Assembly: GCF_036321535.1 (NCBI RefSeq)
Contig: NC_087436.1
Coordinates: 121,894,001 to 121,958,000, forward strand
Reading direction: 5' to 3'
Length of the DNA: 64,000 bases
From: Camelus dromedarius
Taxonomy: Eukaryota
Position numbers and translations under genes: made by a program. Numbering within the stretch: the stretch's first letter is position 1; each line of letters begins with the position of its first letter. Shown here piece after piece: positions 12,879 to 25,882 of this stretch. The notes beneath the pieces are model-generated. The model searched no databases, was not told the DNA's origin, and saw nothing but the letters and a program-made list of their open reading frames with translations.

Positions 12879-13041
12879 CAGTGGTTCTCAGAGCTGAGTC
12901 TGCACCCGCTCCCTGGGGGGCTTGCTGAACTAGTTTCTGACTCGGCAGGGCTGGGGGACCGAACCCAGGTTTTGCATTTCTAACAAGTTTCTAGGCAATG
13001 ATGACGGTGTTGCTCCCAAGGCCACACCACAAGAACCACTG
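12879..13041. mobile_element. MER5-like hAT-Charlie MITE
   Basis: Terminal inverted repeats CAGTGGTTCT...AGAACCACTG; internal TTGCATTTCTAACAAG. Confidence 0.75.
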
Positions 13042-13279
13042 GTCTAGGACAGGGGCCTTGGAGCTGTAGAGAGACAGTCATATCTGAGAGAGGCTGATGG
13101 AGCAGAAATGGCAAGACCATTCTCTTCTCATCCACAGTACCCTGCCTCCTCCAAAAGATCTCCTATCTCCTGGTACCCTTCCACCCACTGCCGATGTATC
13201 TAAAATATACAGCTGACCTCCGAAGCCTTTCCTTGGCTCCCCATCAAGTCCTACTTCCTAAGTGTGGCCTTCCAGTCAA

Positions 13280-13480
13280 AGCACATCTCCAGAACCAGAC
13301 AGCCTGGACAGGAGCCAGGCCTCTACAAAACCCTTGTGACCTTGGGGGAGGCACTGAGCTTCCTTGTGCCCTGTTTCCTTACCTAGAAAACAAGACAGTG
13401 CCCAACTCAAGGGGTGTGTGAGGACTAAAGGAATGAATGCAGAGCACTTGGGACAGCTCTGCACATTTAGAGGCTCAGCG
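13280..13480 (+). mobile_element. MIR
   Basis: TGTGACCTTGGG...CTGTTTCCTTACCTAGAAAA...GTGAGGACTAAAGGAATGAATGC. Confidence 0.65.
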
Positions 13481-16035
13481 CCTGGGGGTGGGCATCACTG
13501 CCTTGTAAAAAAGCAGCAAATGAGAAGCAGTCTCTCCAGGTGCACCCCGTGCACAGCTCTACCCCTGTGCTCAAGCCCCAGAATGCCGTGTAATGCTGCA
13601 CCCAACCCAGCTTTACAAGAGCCAACGGGCTGCATGTTTCCCTGCCCTGGGAATACAGTAAGGAACAGATGCAGCCACCAGCTCCGGGTCGGGGGATGGG
13701 TGCTGGCAGGCAGCTCAGGTGCTGTAACTGGGGCATGAGCTGGGTGCCAAAGAAACCAGGAGGGCAAGGCGCGGCCAGAGGAGGTTTTCCAGAAGCCTCA
13801 TTAAAAGGACTGCCCATCCAGCTGAGGCTCTTTCTCCAGCACCTGGGGTCTGCTTCCCTCCACGCCCCCCCCACCCCATTGTGCACTCTGACCCTGAGAG
13901 GTCAGAGAACCTCTGCACCATGCACCCCTCCACACACAGGCTGGCAGCTGGCATGCAGCCCTCAGGCCGGCGCACCCCAGGCCACAGGTGCTTGCACCCA
14001 GGAATTGTGTGGATGCCCCCCGAAGCAACCCCGCGCCCACCGTGAAGACGGCCCACCCACTCCGAACAGAAGGCGGCTCCTCAGCCGCCCCTCAGGCCTC
14101 TCAGGACCAGATGGCACGACAGCCCCAGACGCGCCACACCTCCTGACTCTAACGCCACCTTCATGCTTCTGACCACACGGAGCAGCTTAGGTTTGCGTGT
14201 ACACCTATGACGTAGCTCTTTTGGGGAAAAATTCTCTCTATGGTGTCTCAGAATTGAGAAGAATTTGATAAAAATGTCACCCACAGACGATAGCGAGATC
14301 TGTCTGCAAAGCAAAGAGAAACAATTCAGTGCACATCCTCTGGATATTCCGTAAGCTTCTTGCCTCCTACTTGGTTACTTTTTAGGCTTTCAAATACGGT
14401 TGTTAGACACAGGTCCTGGGGCTGTCCCGCAGGCGCCCCTACTCCTCCCGCACACCCTCCCAGCTCTCCAAACCAGCCCCCCGCAGCCCTGGCGGCTGCT
14501 TCCCTGGAGCTTCCTCACTCTGCAGGTGGTTCCACGCCCTCCCAGGCCCAAAGCAATCCAGCAATTTGTTCCATATCTATTCTCTTCTTTTAGGAATAGT
14601 TAAGGGTCAGGGGTCAGAAAACATAAGAAGTTGGAAGGCTGGCCTGAAGAGAAATCTACCAAAGGGCTGAACTGACCAGAGAATGGAGGTGAGAAGATGG
14701 GAGGCATTTCCAGCAGACCAGCATGGGGACAGAGAGGCCAGGGGTTCAGACAGAGGTGCTCTTAGACTGCGCCGCCTGTGTGCTGGGGGCCAAGCAGAGA
14801 CTGAACAAGTCAGAATGCAGACCCACGTGGAGACTCAGAGTAATCCAGGCAAGGAGAAAGCTGTGTGGCTTGGAGGCAGAGGCAGAGTGTGAGAAGTGAG
14901 GTGACCGACTGGATGGGAAGCGGTAGTTGGGGAGGCGGGTACCTTGTGTTCCTGGAGACTGAATGGTCTGCTGTCATTCCATTACTGCCAGAGGCTGACG
15001 TTTTTCCCAGGAAGCTGTTAGGGACACTACAGATGACGAAGCACCCCAGCTCCAGGAGTGTGGCACCCATACTCAGATGTGTGTATATGTCTATTTGGAT
15101 GTGATTACATGTGTATTTCCACACGCATAATGGTTAGACACAGACTCTTAGGCAGTGTTAACCTGGAGCCGGATTCTCTCACCGTATCTCACACCTCGAT
15201 TTTCCCACAAACCAAGAAAGGAAAAGCCAGCAGAAAAGGGGCGGGCAGGGGCGCACCGGAAACAGAAAGAAGTAGCAACTCTGCAGCGTATCCTGCAGCA
15301 TGTCCTGAGAAGACGTTTGGATTAGCAGCCCCATTTAGCTTAGCCCCGCGGGGGGCACACAGAGCCCTCACACCACACCCAACATCCGAGGTTGACATCA
15401 TCACCCACTGAAAATCTGAGACCAAACTCAGCAGCACAGGCTCCACAATCCCCAAGCAACCCGAGTCCCAAGGTTGCTCCTTGTGAATTCTCCTACCGGG
15501 AGATGATATGCAGACTCACCGGGTCACTCATTCTGTGCAACAGTTATAAAGCAGCTCTCACTGTAAACCTTCAAATGGCTATTCTGAGACAGAAGGAGAG
15601 GCTCCTGTGAGTTTGAATAAGCTGGCCAGGGCAGCCTCTTTATGTGGTAAAAGTAGAGAAAAACCTAAATCCTACAGAATTTCATCAGGGAAATGCCAAC
15701 TTACCAGTAAACAAAACTTATTAGCCAGTTTAAGGCACTGGCTAGTACCAACTGTCTGCCTCATGTCTCCTCCTTTTTAAGCCATAAACATACAATCATT
15801 CCCATGTTATTTAAACACTTCCCTAAATGGAATTTCAAAAGTAGAATTACAGAACACGTGTTAAAGAGCAAGAATGTTTCACAGACTGTTGTTGTGTACT
15901 GTCCGACTGCTTTCGTAAAGAATGCTAACATGCCCAAGGCTACTGGCAATGCACCACTGCCCAGGAAAACGGCCTTCCCAGGGAACTGGGCATGAGCATC
16001 AAAAGCTGCCAATAACTTTCATTTCAAAGCGTCTT

Positions 16036-16175
16036 GGGGTGAGGGTAGAGCTCAGTGGTAGAATGCACGCTTAACATACAGGAAGTCCTGGGGTCTATCC
16101 CAGTACCTCCATTAAAATCAAACAAACAAACCTAATTACCTACCCCACCCTACTCCCAAAAGAAAAAGAAAAAAC
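16036..16175 (+). mobile_element. tRNA-Ala-derived SINE (Vic-1-like)
   Basis: Same head, CCTAATTACC body and A tail; decayed TSD TTCAAAGCGTCTT / TTCAAAGATTCTT. Confidence 0.85.
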
Positions 16176-17244
16176 TTCAAAGATTCTTAAATAGAACTTT
16201 GATGCCACCGTCACATTAACAGCCACGCCTTAGTACTTAGAGAAAACATGAGCCTCTTGCTTGTTCCACAAATGAGGGTGCCCGGCACACAGGCAGCAAT
16301 CACGAGCCCAGCCAACGGAGCCCCAGCGCCCTGCACAAATACCTGACGGCGCGCCTCAGCTGTGCGTCTTCCACGTGGGGCCCACCACCTGCCCTGCGGT
16401 GCCCTGCGGGACAGTAGCGCGAAGTGCCAGTGCCCACAGGCTGCCAGCACCCTGCCGGCAAGCCCATGGGCTGACTGATGCAGGGACTATCTACAGGGTC
16501 CCGCTCTGGGTCAGGGACTGCTTCAGGTAAACAAAACAGACACTCGTGGAGCATATATTTTAAGGAAAAAGACAACCAATAAAGTAAGTAATAAAGATGT
16601 CCTCTGTCAGAAAGACCAGAAATCAGAGCTCTTCGTACAAGCGTGAGTGCTACACAGGAGCAAAGCAAACCCTCAGCCCAGGAAGACGCGGACAAGGGTT
16701 TCGGGCTCTCAGCAAGGCTTAATTCATTTACTTCATTTCCAGAAAAGACTTGGCAGGATGTAGCTGATCACTCCTGTGTAGGCTCAGAGGAAGCAGAAGA
16801 GCCAGGCTGGGCAACAGGGCGGCGCCCTCCCAGTTACTTATTCCTGACGAAGGCTCAGCAGCCGCTGATCTCCCCTGAGGTTCTGCAGGAACCAGACGAC
16901 TGGACTTGGCAGAAACAGAAAGCAGTGGACTGTGCTTGGAGACACAGTAACTGGGTCTTTCATGAATTTATCTTATGACCCTGATGAAACCACCTGAAAT
17001 GAGCACCAGAGCCAAGGGGCCCTCACACCTGCTTGGTGATTTGTCACTCAGGGAAACTCCTTTCCTCCAAAGAACTCATCAAGGATTGCCTTTTGCTTCT
17101 ACTAGAGAAAAGGAACAGCCCTCTGGATATAAAGATGCTGTAACTTTTGTTTGTGATTCAGGCCTTGAAATGCAAGGGTCCAGAATTAAGAATGCAAGTT
17201 AAGTTTTCTGAAAATCTATGAAAAAAAATCAATGAAAATGAAAA

Positions 17245-17600
17245 GAATATTATTCAGCCTTAAAAAGAAAATTTTGATACATGCTGCAACATGGATGAAC
17301 CCTGAAGACATACTCAGTAAAATAAGACACAAAAGGGCAAATATTGTGTAATTCCTCATATGAGGTATCAAGACATCAAATTCAAAGACAAAGTAGAACG
17401 GTGATTGCCAGGGGCTGGCGGAAGAGGCAACTGGGAGTTACCATGTAATGGACAGAGCTCCTGTCTGGGAAGATGAGAAAAGTTCTGTAGACGACGCCTG
17501 CACAACAGTGTGAATTTACTTAGTGCCGACGAACACCTAAAAGTGGGTCAACCGGTCCGCTTTAAATACGTGTATTTTACCACAACAAAAAAATTAAAAA
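17245..17600 (+). mobile_element. L1MB-like 3' end
   Basis: TATTCAGCCTTAAAAAGAA...GCAACATGGATGAACC...GTGATTGCCAGGGGCTGG...TTTTACCACAA plus A tail. Confidence 0.75.
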
Positions 17601-19424
17601 ATAAACTTCACCTAATACTCTTTTTTCTAGACACTTTACATAGGATGTAATGAAGTGTTCACAAACGCTCTGCAGTGGGCACAGCCCCAGAAACATCTGC
17701 AGGGGACCCCCTGTAGCGGGCTCCTCAGCACCCCCCACCCCAACGTCCTGGGCTCCCCAGGGCACACCTATGGCTCTAACAGCCAAAGAGGCCCTTGGCT
17801 CCTCTTCTTCTCAGTGCAGCTGTTCTTAGGAATTTCTCTGAAGTTTCACACGCAGGATTATGATGAATTACCCCCAAAACACTAGACTGACCCTTCTGCC
17901 AGCGAAAGCCCTGGAGCCCGGGGGCACTTCAATTCTACAACAGCCGTGTCTGATGAGGCTGCATCAGTCACTGCGCTGGAAGATCTTAACAACTGGAAGG
18001 GACTTTATTAAACACCAAATCCAACCAATTCTGGCAGGTTAAAAGCTGGCTACTTGGTCCTGTAACTACTCCTTTGCAGAAAGGTTTCTCTGGGACAGCA
18101 TGGAAGCAAAGCTGGGTGGCTTCTCCGCCTCTCTGGCCCCTAACTTTTAATGTTCTTTCATCCATGGTGGTCTGGGCTCTGAGGGGCTGGTTATACAACA
18201 AGGCAATTGCTGGGAGCCAGGAGCAAGGATAAGATAATGAAGGAAACCTAAGGACCCGTTTCACCAGGGGTGAAAAGATACCAGAGGCCGGTGGGGTAAA
18301 TTGACCTCAGCTGCTGAAGCCATGAACCCCCTCCCAATCTGAAACTCACAGGAGGCGGGCATGCGGGGCCTGCGCGGATGGCACCTGAGCAGAAAGCTAA
18401 TCGCCGTAGCTGCTCCTACTGAATCACGAGCCTGGGCTGAGGTGACATAGTGCGTGTGTGTGAAGTAAATCAAGAACCACTACAATCAGACAAGGGGCAG
18501 GCTGTGGTGGTGGTTGTGGTGGTAGGGGGAAGTCAGAAGCTTAAGAATGTGGTTCTCCAACCTATACCTACAGCAGAGAGCAGCCAAGCAGCGGTGCCCC
18601 ACAGCGGGAGCCCCTTCTTTTGCATTCAGGGGAACTGGTCTCAAACAGCACGGCACCCAGGGCAGCTCTGCAGCTCTGCGCAGGACACGGCCTCCCAGTT
18701 CAGGCAGGCGCGCAGCGGGCCGGCTGGCGGACGGGGCACGCCGGCCTTGGGGGGCTGGCCAGACCCCACTCGCTACAGACATTCATCTCGGCAGTGGGAT
18801 TCGGGCTCTCTTCAACCCTTCCTAGGAAATAAAATGCTAAGTCAATAGTCGTTGGCTCCCAGGACAGCAAGCACTTATTATGAAGGGAATGTTCTAAGAG
18901 ATACAAAAAGCAGGAGAGCAGTAGGAGAAACAGTCAGTGGGCCAGAGGAAGTTAAAAGGCTCCACACAGTAGCTCAAAACAGTAACTAACCAACCAACCA
19001 ACAAAAATCCCATAAAGTGCCAAAAAACGCTCAGGGCTCACGGGAAAGAGGAAACGGGTACCACACTCAAAAACGTAGTCAATCACACACACACAGTAGG
19101 AAGCTAACAAGAAACCCAGCAGCACAGTTCAATGAATCAAATGGTTAAGAAGCGCACATATACCATAGTAACTACGGCGCTCTACCAGGTTTGCGGCCTG
19201 TGAGCTCTTGGGAAGTAGGGCAAATACTGTAACATCAGACGTGCAGGGTGTGCCTCACAGCACACACAGGCAACCCAGACAGCCGGGAGATGCTTGAGGT
19301 GCACGCGGTCTACGGTCTATGTGGCTCGGTTAAGCTGCGTTCAATTTTCTACATTCACCTATTTCTCACGGACGAAATTCTGCACACCAAACTCAATATT
19401 CCCACTACATTCAGCTGGCTCCTG

Positions 19425-19552
19425 AATGTGTCAACCCCACTGGAACTAATGCACGCTTCCAACAAGTGTTTAAAGCAAAACTGACCATAATGTGTCAACC
19501 CCACTGGAACTAATGCACGCTTCCAACAAGTGTTTAAAGCAAAACTGACCAT
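19425..19552. repeat. Perfect tandem duplication, 2 x 64 bp
   Basis: 19425-19488 is identical to 19489-19552. Confidence 0.95.
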
Positions 19553-19605
19553 ACTTTACCTCAGGTACCCTGGGTGTCAGGCATCCACTCCATGCTCTTT
19601 CCTAT

Positions 19606-20264
19606 TGAGACAGGAAGGAAGGGGGCAGGGCACAACCATTAAAAGAATGACACAGCCGTTGAGGATGCGACAAAAACTGGTTAGAACCTACTAACCCCAA
19701 GATGGTGGAAGATTCGACTTTCCAGTAGAACTTGAGCCTCATTATACACTCATTGTAACATATCAGCATCCTAAATGACACACCCCCAGGCACCATGACA
19801 GTTCCCAGGCAAACCATAAGTGGCCAAAAAGGAGGCAGTGGCCCAATTCCTTCCCCCAAAGAGCTGGACTAGTCCTCCCACTCATTAGCATGTGAAATTA
19901 CCCAGTCCAGAAGAACAAAACATCCCTGAACCCCAGGCCACTCCCACTTTCCCGGCAACCCCATGCCCTGAGGTTGCTCTGCCTTCTGAGATAGACCTTG
20001 TTCTGCCTATGGAAAGTGTATCTCCTAGGTCACTCGCTTTCCAAGATACTCTGTCTCTCCAGGCTTTTCCTGCCTTCTGAGGTGCCCATGCTCTGTCTAT
20101 GGAGTGCGTAACTCCCTGGATAAATCTACTTTCACTTTACCGTGGCTTGCTCTTGACTTCTATCCTGTGCGAAGCCAAGGACCCTCACTTGGAGGGCACA
20201 CCCCAAGGACTCACCCAAGACCTGGGACATGGCCATCCTCTCAGTGCCCCATTTTCCGGTAACA
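19606..20264 (+). mobile_element. ERV1 solo LTR, MER41-like
   Basis: TG...CA ends; 3' part TACTTTCACTTTACC...GCCAAGGACCCTCAC...TTCCGGTAACA resembles MER41; related to the copy at 30211. Confidence 0.75.
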
Positions 20265-20670
20265 TAATCACAGTGCCATAATTTGATATATGCTGTTGCC
20301 TTCCCAGCAAAGGCAAGGTTCCCCTACCCTCAGCCCCCTTGAGGAACCCCTGCTCCTTCTTCAAGGCCTACCTCAAAGAAATGTTACTTACATTCCTCTC
20401 ACTCCTCCTGGTCCTGAGTTTCTTCCACTGGTCTCAACGTGAATAACGTAACTCTCATGTCAAATACTTGTCACAGATTCCCTCTCCTTTCCACAGCACT
20501 TGGCGCAAACACACTGGCTAAATGATTCTTCCATTGAAATTAAAGTATCAAGCTTATTAGATGCTTGAAAGAGATGGTAGATACTTACAAGGATAGCACA
20601 GGGTATTTTCAAAGGGAAAAAAATGAATTTCAGAGATGGGAGAAATGGAGCCTTTCATTTCAAATAAAAA

Positions 20671-20820
20671 TGTAGTCACCATCAAGAAACAGAGGCGGAC
20701 CTGGCAGGTGGTCGTCACGGGAGAACAGGACAGAACACTCCCACCTGTAGTCACCATCAAGAAACAGGGGCAGACCTGGCAGGTGGCCGTCACGGGAGGA
20801 CAGGACAGAACACTCCCACC
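20671..20820. repeat. Tandem duplication, 2 x 75 bp (4 mismatches)
   Basis: TGTAGTCACCATCAAGAAAC...CACTCCCACC starts at 20671 and again at 20746. Confidence 0.95.
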
Positions 20821-22299
20821 CGAAGCACTTTCAGCTTGCAAGACGAGGCCAGAAGAAAAAGTTCTTAAAATTTTTTTAGTTAAGAATTGGAAAGCATCAA
20901 GAAGGTGCTTAGAAAGGAAACAAATTTTATCCTGGTCTGCTACAGCAAGCAGTAGCGTTCAGCAAGTTTGGCTAAAATAAGCGGTGAAGTGCAGCAGACA
21001 GGGAAACGCCCCGGTCCCAGGACGGCTCCCTGGCTGAGGCGGGGAGGTGGAGGGAGACTCACTCAGGCACAGTAACTGAAGTCCTCAGGAATACAATGCA
21101 ATCACCGAAAATTAAGTTTCTTGAAAATATTTATAATCAGACCCTTCCTGGGTAAATGTTACTTGAAAAAGAAACATTAAAAATAAAGACAACATCCCCA
21201 CTCTTAAGTTCAATTCTCACTATTTAAAGCTACTGGGAACTCCAGCTGTGCACCTTCCCACCACAGAAGAGTGTGTGTGACACAACAATCCAGCAAAAGG
21301 AGCAAAGACGCTGGAGCCTGTGGCTCAGATGTCAGGTCTGCTTACTAACTGTGTGACCTTGGGCAAGTGACTCTGTCCTTCCCCCTTCCTGTGCCTCAAC
21401 CACAACCAGCTGGCGGTGTGGATTTGTAAGTGGTAGTGAGCAGTACGTATGACTGCATCACAAACCCAGGGTAACCCCTACAGACAGCTGGGTCACAGTC
21501 CTAAAACCAGGAATTACAATTCTAAAACAAAAAGGTGTTAGCAGATAACAAAGCCATTTAGCAGACATTCTTTTATTTTAAATTTGTTTATGTCAAATCT
21601 ATACAGCAAGCCCATTTATTTAGCTATCTGGAGGTATACTCTGCAGTGGTTTAAAAAGCCTACAGGAAAGCCTTATGGTCACAATTTCTCTCTTGCACAA
21701 ACAGGCTACTGATAATACTCATTTTGAAAAGTTTCCAGGCCTTTCCTACCCTTCATGGTGTGAAATAATTCACACCATTCAATGAACTTGCCAGTTCTTA
21801 TTTATGCCCCAGGAAAAAACACTTCCAAAGGAGATTCCAGATCCCTGGAGAGGCACCCTCCAACCTAACCTCCTGCGTTTTCTCACACGTGGACTCTGTC
21901 CTCAGGGTAAGGCAGTATCTGTGCTCTGGGTCTCCCTCCTCAGAGGGGAAACCTCAAGTCCTGAGGAACAAGGTAGAAAAGCACACACGTAAATTATATC
22001 TCAACAAGACAGCCAGCCCTGTAATATTCTACATGAACCTACTCATCCCTCAAAAATCTGGGGATGGTGAAAGATGTAGGTAAATCACGTCAAAATACAA
22101 CACTGGTAACACATACACAAGAATTCACAAAGCCACTGTCATACAGAGTACAAACAAATAGTCGTGCACCCATTTTCAGAGTAGCATCCCAAATCTTTCC
22201 CAGAAATTGGTGGGGGTATATAAACTACAGGACATGGACTTTGCTAACGGCCTTTAAGTGAAGAACTGCCACAATTGGCATCACTGACACTAAGTTCGG

Positions 22300-22720
22300 T
22301 GTCCAGTCACCACCCTGGTCCAAACTACCCTTTTCTTCTCTCTCTTCCTATCTGGTCCTGAAGCCACTAGTCTAGTCCACCTTTCTAACCACCCTTCTCA
22401 TAGCACAGTGATTTTTCTAAAAGGTGAATCTAACCATGTTAACTTCCCCGCTTAGAACTCAATTCAGTGATTTCCACTTGGCCTTAAGACGAGTTCTGAA
22501 TTCCTTGTGAGGCACACGGAAGACCTTCTGTGATCTAGCTCCTGCTTACCTCTCCAGTCCCATCTCATATACCATCTATATTTCAACCGCAGAGACTTTT
22601 TCTCCCTCTCTACACTCTCACTCCTCAGCTCCACCAGGGCCTGTACCATACCTGTTCTGTTTACTGCTGGACCTCAAGCAGAAAGCTTGGCACACAGAAG
22701 ACCTCAAAAATGTGCTGACT
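22300..22720 (+). mobile_element. L2 fragment
   Basis: GTGATTTTTCTAAAAGGTGAATCTAACCATGT...TGATCTAGCTCCTGCTTACCTCTCCAG resembles the L2 3' region. Confidence 0.65.
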
Positions 22721-23129
22721 TAGAATATTAAGTCAGCATTCTCAAAGGGGACAGAAAAAAACCTTTTAATGTACAGAACGTAAATATGCATAGACGACTC
22801 ATAAAAACGGCACAGAGTATATAAGCAGCATTAAAATTTCCTGGAGAAGGCAAACAGGAAAACAATGTGTAAGAATGCTCCTGTGGGGGTGGGGTGGTCT
22901 TTGAAAAAAGGTTTATAAACACTATATTAAAGTAAAATTTGAATCAGAGTTGGAAGCGAAGTTCAGGCAATACAGAAGCCAGCAATATATCTTTCTACTT
23001 GAATGTTTCCATTTCCGCTCAAACCACCCAATATGTTTCCCCACCCACTAAAAAACAAACCGCAAGAAAAACAAAGCAAAACGAGTCCCTTCCACGCTTC
23101 TGCCTTTCATCAGCAGTGGTCCCCAAACT

Positions 23130-24700
23130 CCTGGTCACTGAATTCGAAGGTCTAGTCCTGCGTGACCTTGGGCAGACCGCCTCGGTCTCCCAGGCCACTC
23201 GGGCGGCCTAAGTGGAGTGCAGGACTGCAGAGCTGAGACTCCAGAACGTGGCGCAGAAACAGAACAAAAGGTAGACCGTGAACGTCGATGGGCAGGGACA
23301 CGGTTAAGACAAAAGCCCAAACCCCACAAACACTGCCACCGCGGGCCCTGAACTCTCCCCTTCTCCCTGGACGGGTCAAAGGGTGGGAAGGGGCGTGCAC
23401 TGAGTCCAGTGCTTCAGGAACCTGCGTGCAGGTGCGCCTGGGAGGTGCAGGCTCACGCGGAGGAGCTCGGCCACAGGCCTCGGCCAGTCCCGCGACACAC
23501 CGACCGGAAGCCAAGGACCCATCGAGCTCTGCCCCCGGCCTGGCGCCCCCAACCCCGTCCCAGCCCCGAGGAGTCTCCGCCTGGCGTCCGAGCGGACTCG
23601 CAGGCCCACGATGGCGGGGCGGCGGCGCGAGCACACAAAGGCAGCGGCCTTGGACGGACAAAACCCTCGCCGGCCCTGCCCCGATCCCCCGCGCCCGGCC
23701 CTGCCCCGCTCCAAGTGACCTTGGGCGCGTCCCTCCTCTCCCAGCCTCAGTTTCCCCCGCCACGCTATGGACGAAGCGCCGCGGCCGCTGCCCGCTGGCG
23801 AGACCGAGACCCGCGGAGAGGCATCTCACTTCCGTTGCCCACACCGAGCCGGGCTCCTGCAGCCGCGCGGACGGCAGGGCGGGCGGGCGAGTGGACCCGC
23901 GGTCCGGGAGAGGCCCGGGGGGCGTCGGGGCGGAGCGCGGTCGGCCGCGCCAAGGCGGCTCCCTGGGCCGCGGCGCCGAGGCCTCTGCAGGCCGCGAAGC
24001 CGCCCGAACTCCGAATCTGCCCAGCCCTGGCTTGCCGCTCCCTCCGGGCGAAGCCTGGCCCTACCTGGCGCTGGTAAGGCTCGGCAGGCGCGGTCGTCGA
24101 CGCACTCGATCGAGGAAGCACCTTCAGAAGCCGCTGAGAAGCCCTCAAGCAAGACGCCGCCGCCTCAACAGCGTCCCGCTTCCGCTCCGGAGGCCTCGGC
24201 TCCGCCCCTCACGCTTTCCTATTGGTCGTCCGCGTCCCTACTCCCGTGGTCTGCCGGTCGAGGAGGCATATTTTCAATCCTATTGGATAGTAGAACCATC
24301 TATTACCTCTTTGAAAAGATCCTCCTTCCGGCCACGCCCCCGCTCGCGAGCTCAAGTTCCCGCCTTCCCGCGAGAGATGTGGTCGGTGCCCCTCAGCCCG
24401 CAAGGCCTCTCGGGAGTCGTGGTCTGGGCTCCCGCCGCCCTGCTCGCTGCGTCGAGCGGGACGCGCGTATCCCGGCGTCAGTGTCCTCGTTAGTGATGTT
24501 TTGTGAGCGATATTCCCGGGGTCTCTACTGTCAGCCAGAAACTGGGCCTGGGTCTGCAGGTCGTCCAGGCGCTCCCGACTCCTGACCTGCCAGGCCCGGG
24601 GTCGTCCTCTAGTCCCTGTGATCCGGGGTTCTCCCAGGCTGGTGGTGGAGAGGGGAGGGAAGCCGGAGGAGCCACTCTACCAAGACGTCTGGGAGGGCTC
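23130..24700. promoter_or_regulatory. CpG island / RNF4 promoter
   Basis: Dense CpG. On the minus strand: CCAAT boxes (ATTGG at 24221 and 24282), ETS CCGGAAG (about 24325), GC boxes (about 24201 and 24331), and near-BANP motifs GCTCGCGAGC (24342) and TCCCGCGAGA (24366). Confidence 0.85.
24065..24190 (-). other. RNF4: RNF4 non-coding exon 1 (5' end approximate)
   Basis: Lies in the CpG island; donor CCAG|GTAGGG at 24064; sequence GCGGAAGCGGGACGCTGTTGAGGCGGCGGC resembles the RNF4 mRNA 5' end as I recall it; no ATG. Confidence 0.75.
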
Positions 24701-25882
24701 CCCGGAGGAAGCGACCTCAGAGTTGGGAACTGAAAGGACTAGAGTTCCAAGAATAGGGAGCCTAGGTAGAAAAAGTTTGGGCTACCATGTTCAGAAAACT
24801 GGAGGCGGCCCAGGGTGCCAGGAGTACAGAGGTGGGGGGCGGGGGAGGCAAGGGTCAGACCTTGGAGAGCCCAGATGCCAGGTTAAGTCTGGATTATCCC
24901 AGGGACATGAGGTGTCAGGAAAGGAAGGACTGAACCCGTGGAGGAACTCTCGCCATGGACCGGTCCTGGGAAAGGGGCCATGACCCAGGCGGAGGCCTGG
25001 AGCTCTCAGGGGCCTCCGGCATCTGATGCAACTCCGAGAGTCAAGAGAATGCAGGTCCTGATCCCTCCTGTCCGAGTTTGAATCCCAGCTCCATTGCAGA
25101 CAAAGTTCACAGTTCCCTTGCCTGTTAATAGAGATAATAACAGGACCTATCTCAGAGGAAAAAGGTGGAGGACTCAACCTTCTGCAGCACAGGGGCATGC
25201 CAGCCCTGGGGAGGCACTGCATGTCAGAATTGGGATTAAATGAGAGTCTGGCGGTGGGTTCCTTGGGTTTAGCTCCCAGAACTGGGCATGGATTTGGCAA
25301 TCAAAAGAGAGCCCAGCTTGTCCTTGTCCAGAGAATATCCAGGTCTCAGGCCAGGGCCGTCATCCCTGGTTCCTCAGAATGCTCGGGCAGTAAGGAGGCC
25401 ACCCCAAATGTCTTGGGATGGACTGTTTCCTAAGAAAGGGTCTTTAACCCAGTAGAGGGAGTCTTGTGTGGAAATGACTAAGCAAGTGGAAACCAGAGCA
25501 TGAATGTTTCAGGGTTGAGTTGGTGAGCAATTTCTGTGTTTGATATTTTATGTAAGGGAATTTGGCATGGTAGCATATCAGATAAATCTAATTCCAGTGT
25601 AAAATATGTGGTTGAGTATTTGATTTTGCTAGTGATCTAGAGTTGGAAAGTACGAGATTTTCCAAAGTTTGTACTAATTGGAATATTAAAGAGAATTCAC
25701 AAGTTTAAGAGAAATGTAGACATTTAATACATCTATAGGAGTTTTGAAATACTTGATAAGGCAGACAACTGAAATGCTAAAAAGCAAATTTAGATTCCAC
25801 GTGTATAAATGCAGTTTTAAATGCCTAAGGGGGTTTCAGTTTCTAAATGGGGCCATACATGACGAATCAAAACAATAATTTA

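Larger units (their letters stand above)
6981..24190 (-). other. RNF4: RNF4 gene, 5' part (exons 1-4); continues beyond the left edge of the window
   Basis: Spliced translation MSTRKRRGGTVSSRQAQKRAREAASAPEMASEADPIELVESAGDEIVDLTCESLEPVVVDLTHNDSVV matches the RNF4 N-terminus with its tandem SIMs; all junctions are GT-AG. Confidence 0.96.

Noticed and set aside
14205..14303. Possible extra RNF4 5'UTR exon
   Set aside because: Good acceptor (TTTCTCTTTGCTTTGCAG) but only a weak donor (TAG|GTGTAC); insufficient support.
19425..20820. CRISPR-like array
   Set aside because: Only two unrelated two-copy tandem duplications, with no spacers, in mammalian DNA.
23288..24493. 401-aa ORF and overlapping 230-aa and 272-aa ORFs
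   Set aside because: Low-complexity Pro/Arg/Gly/Ala frames typical of stop-poor CpG islands; no recognisable domain; the region is the RNF4 promoter and intron 1.
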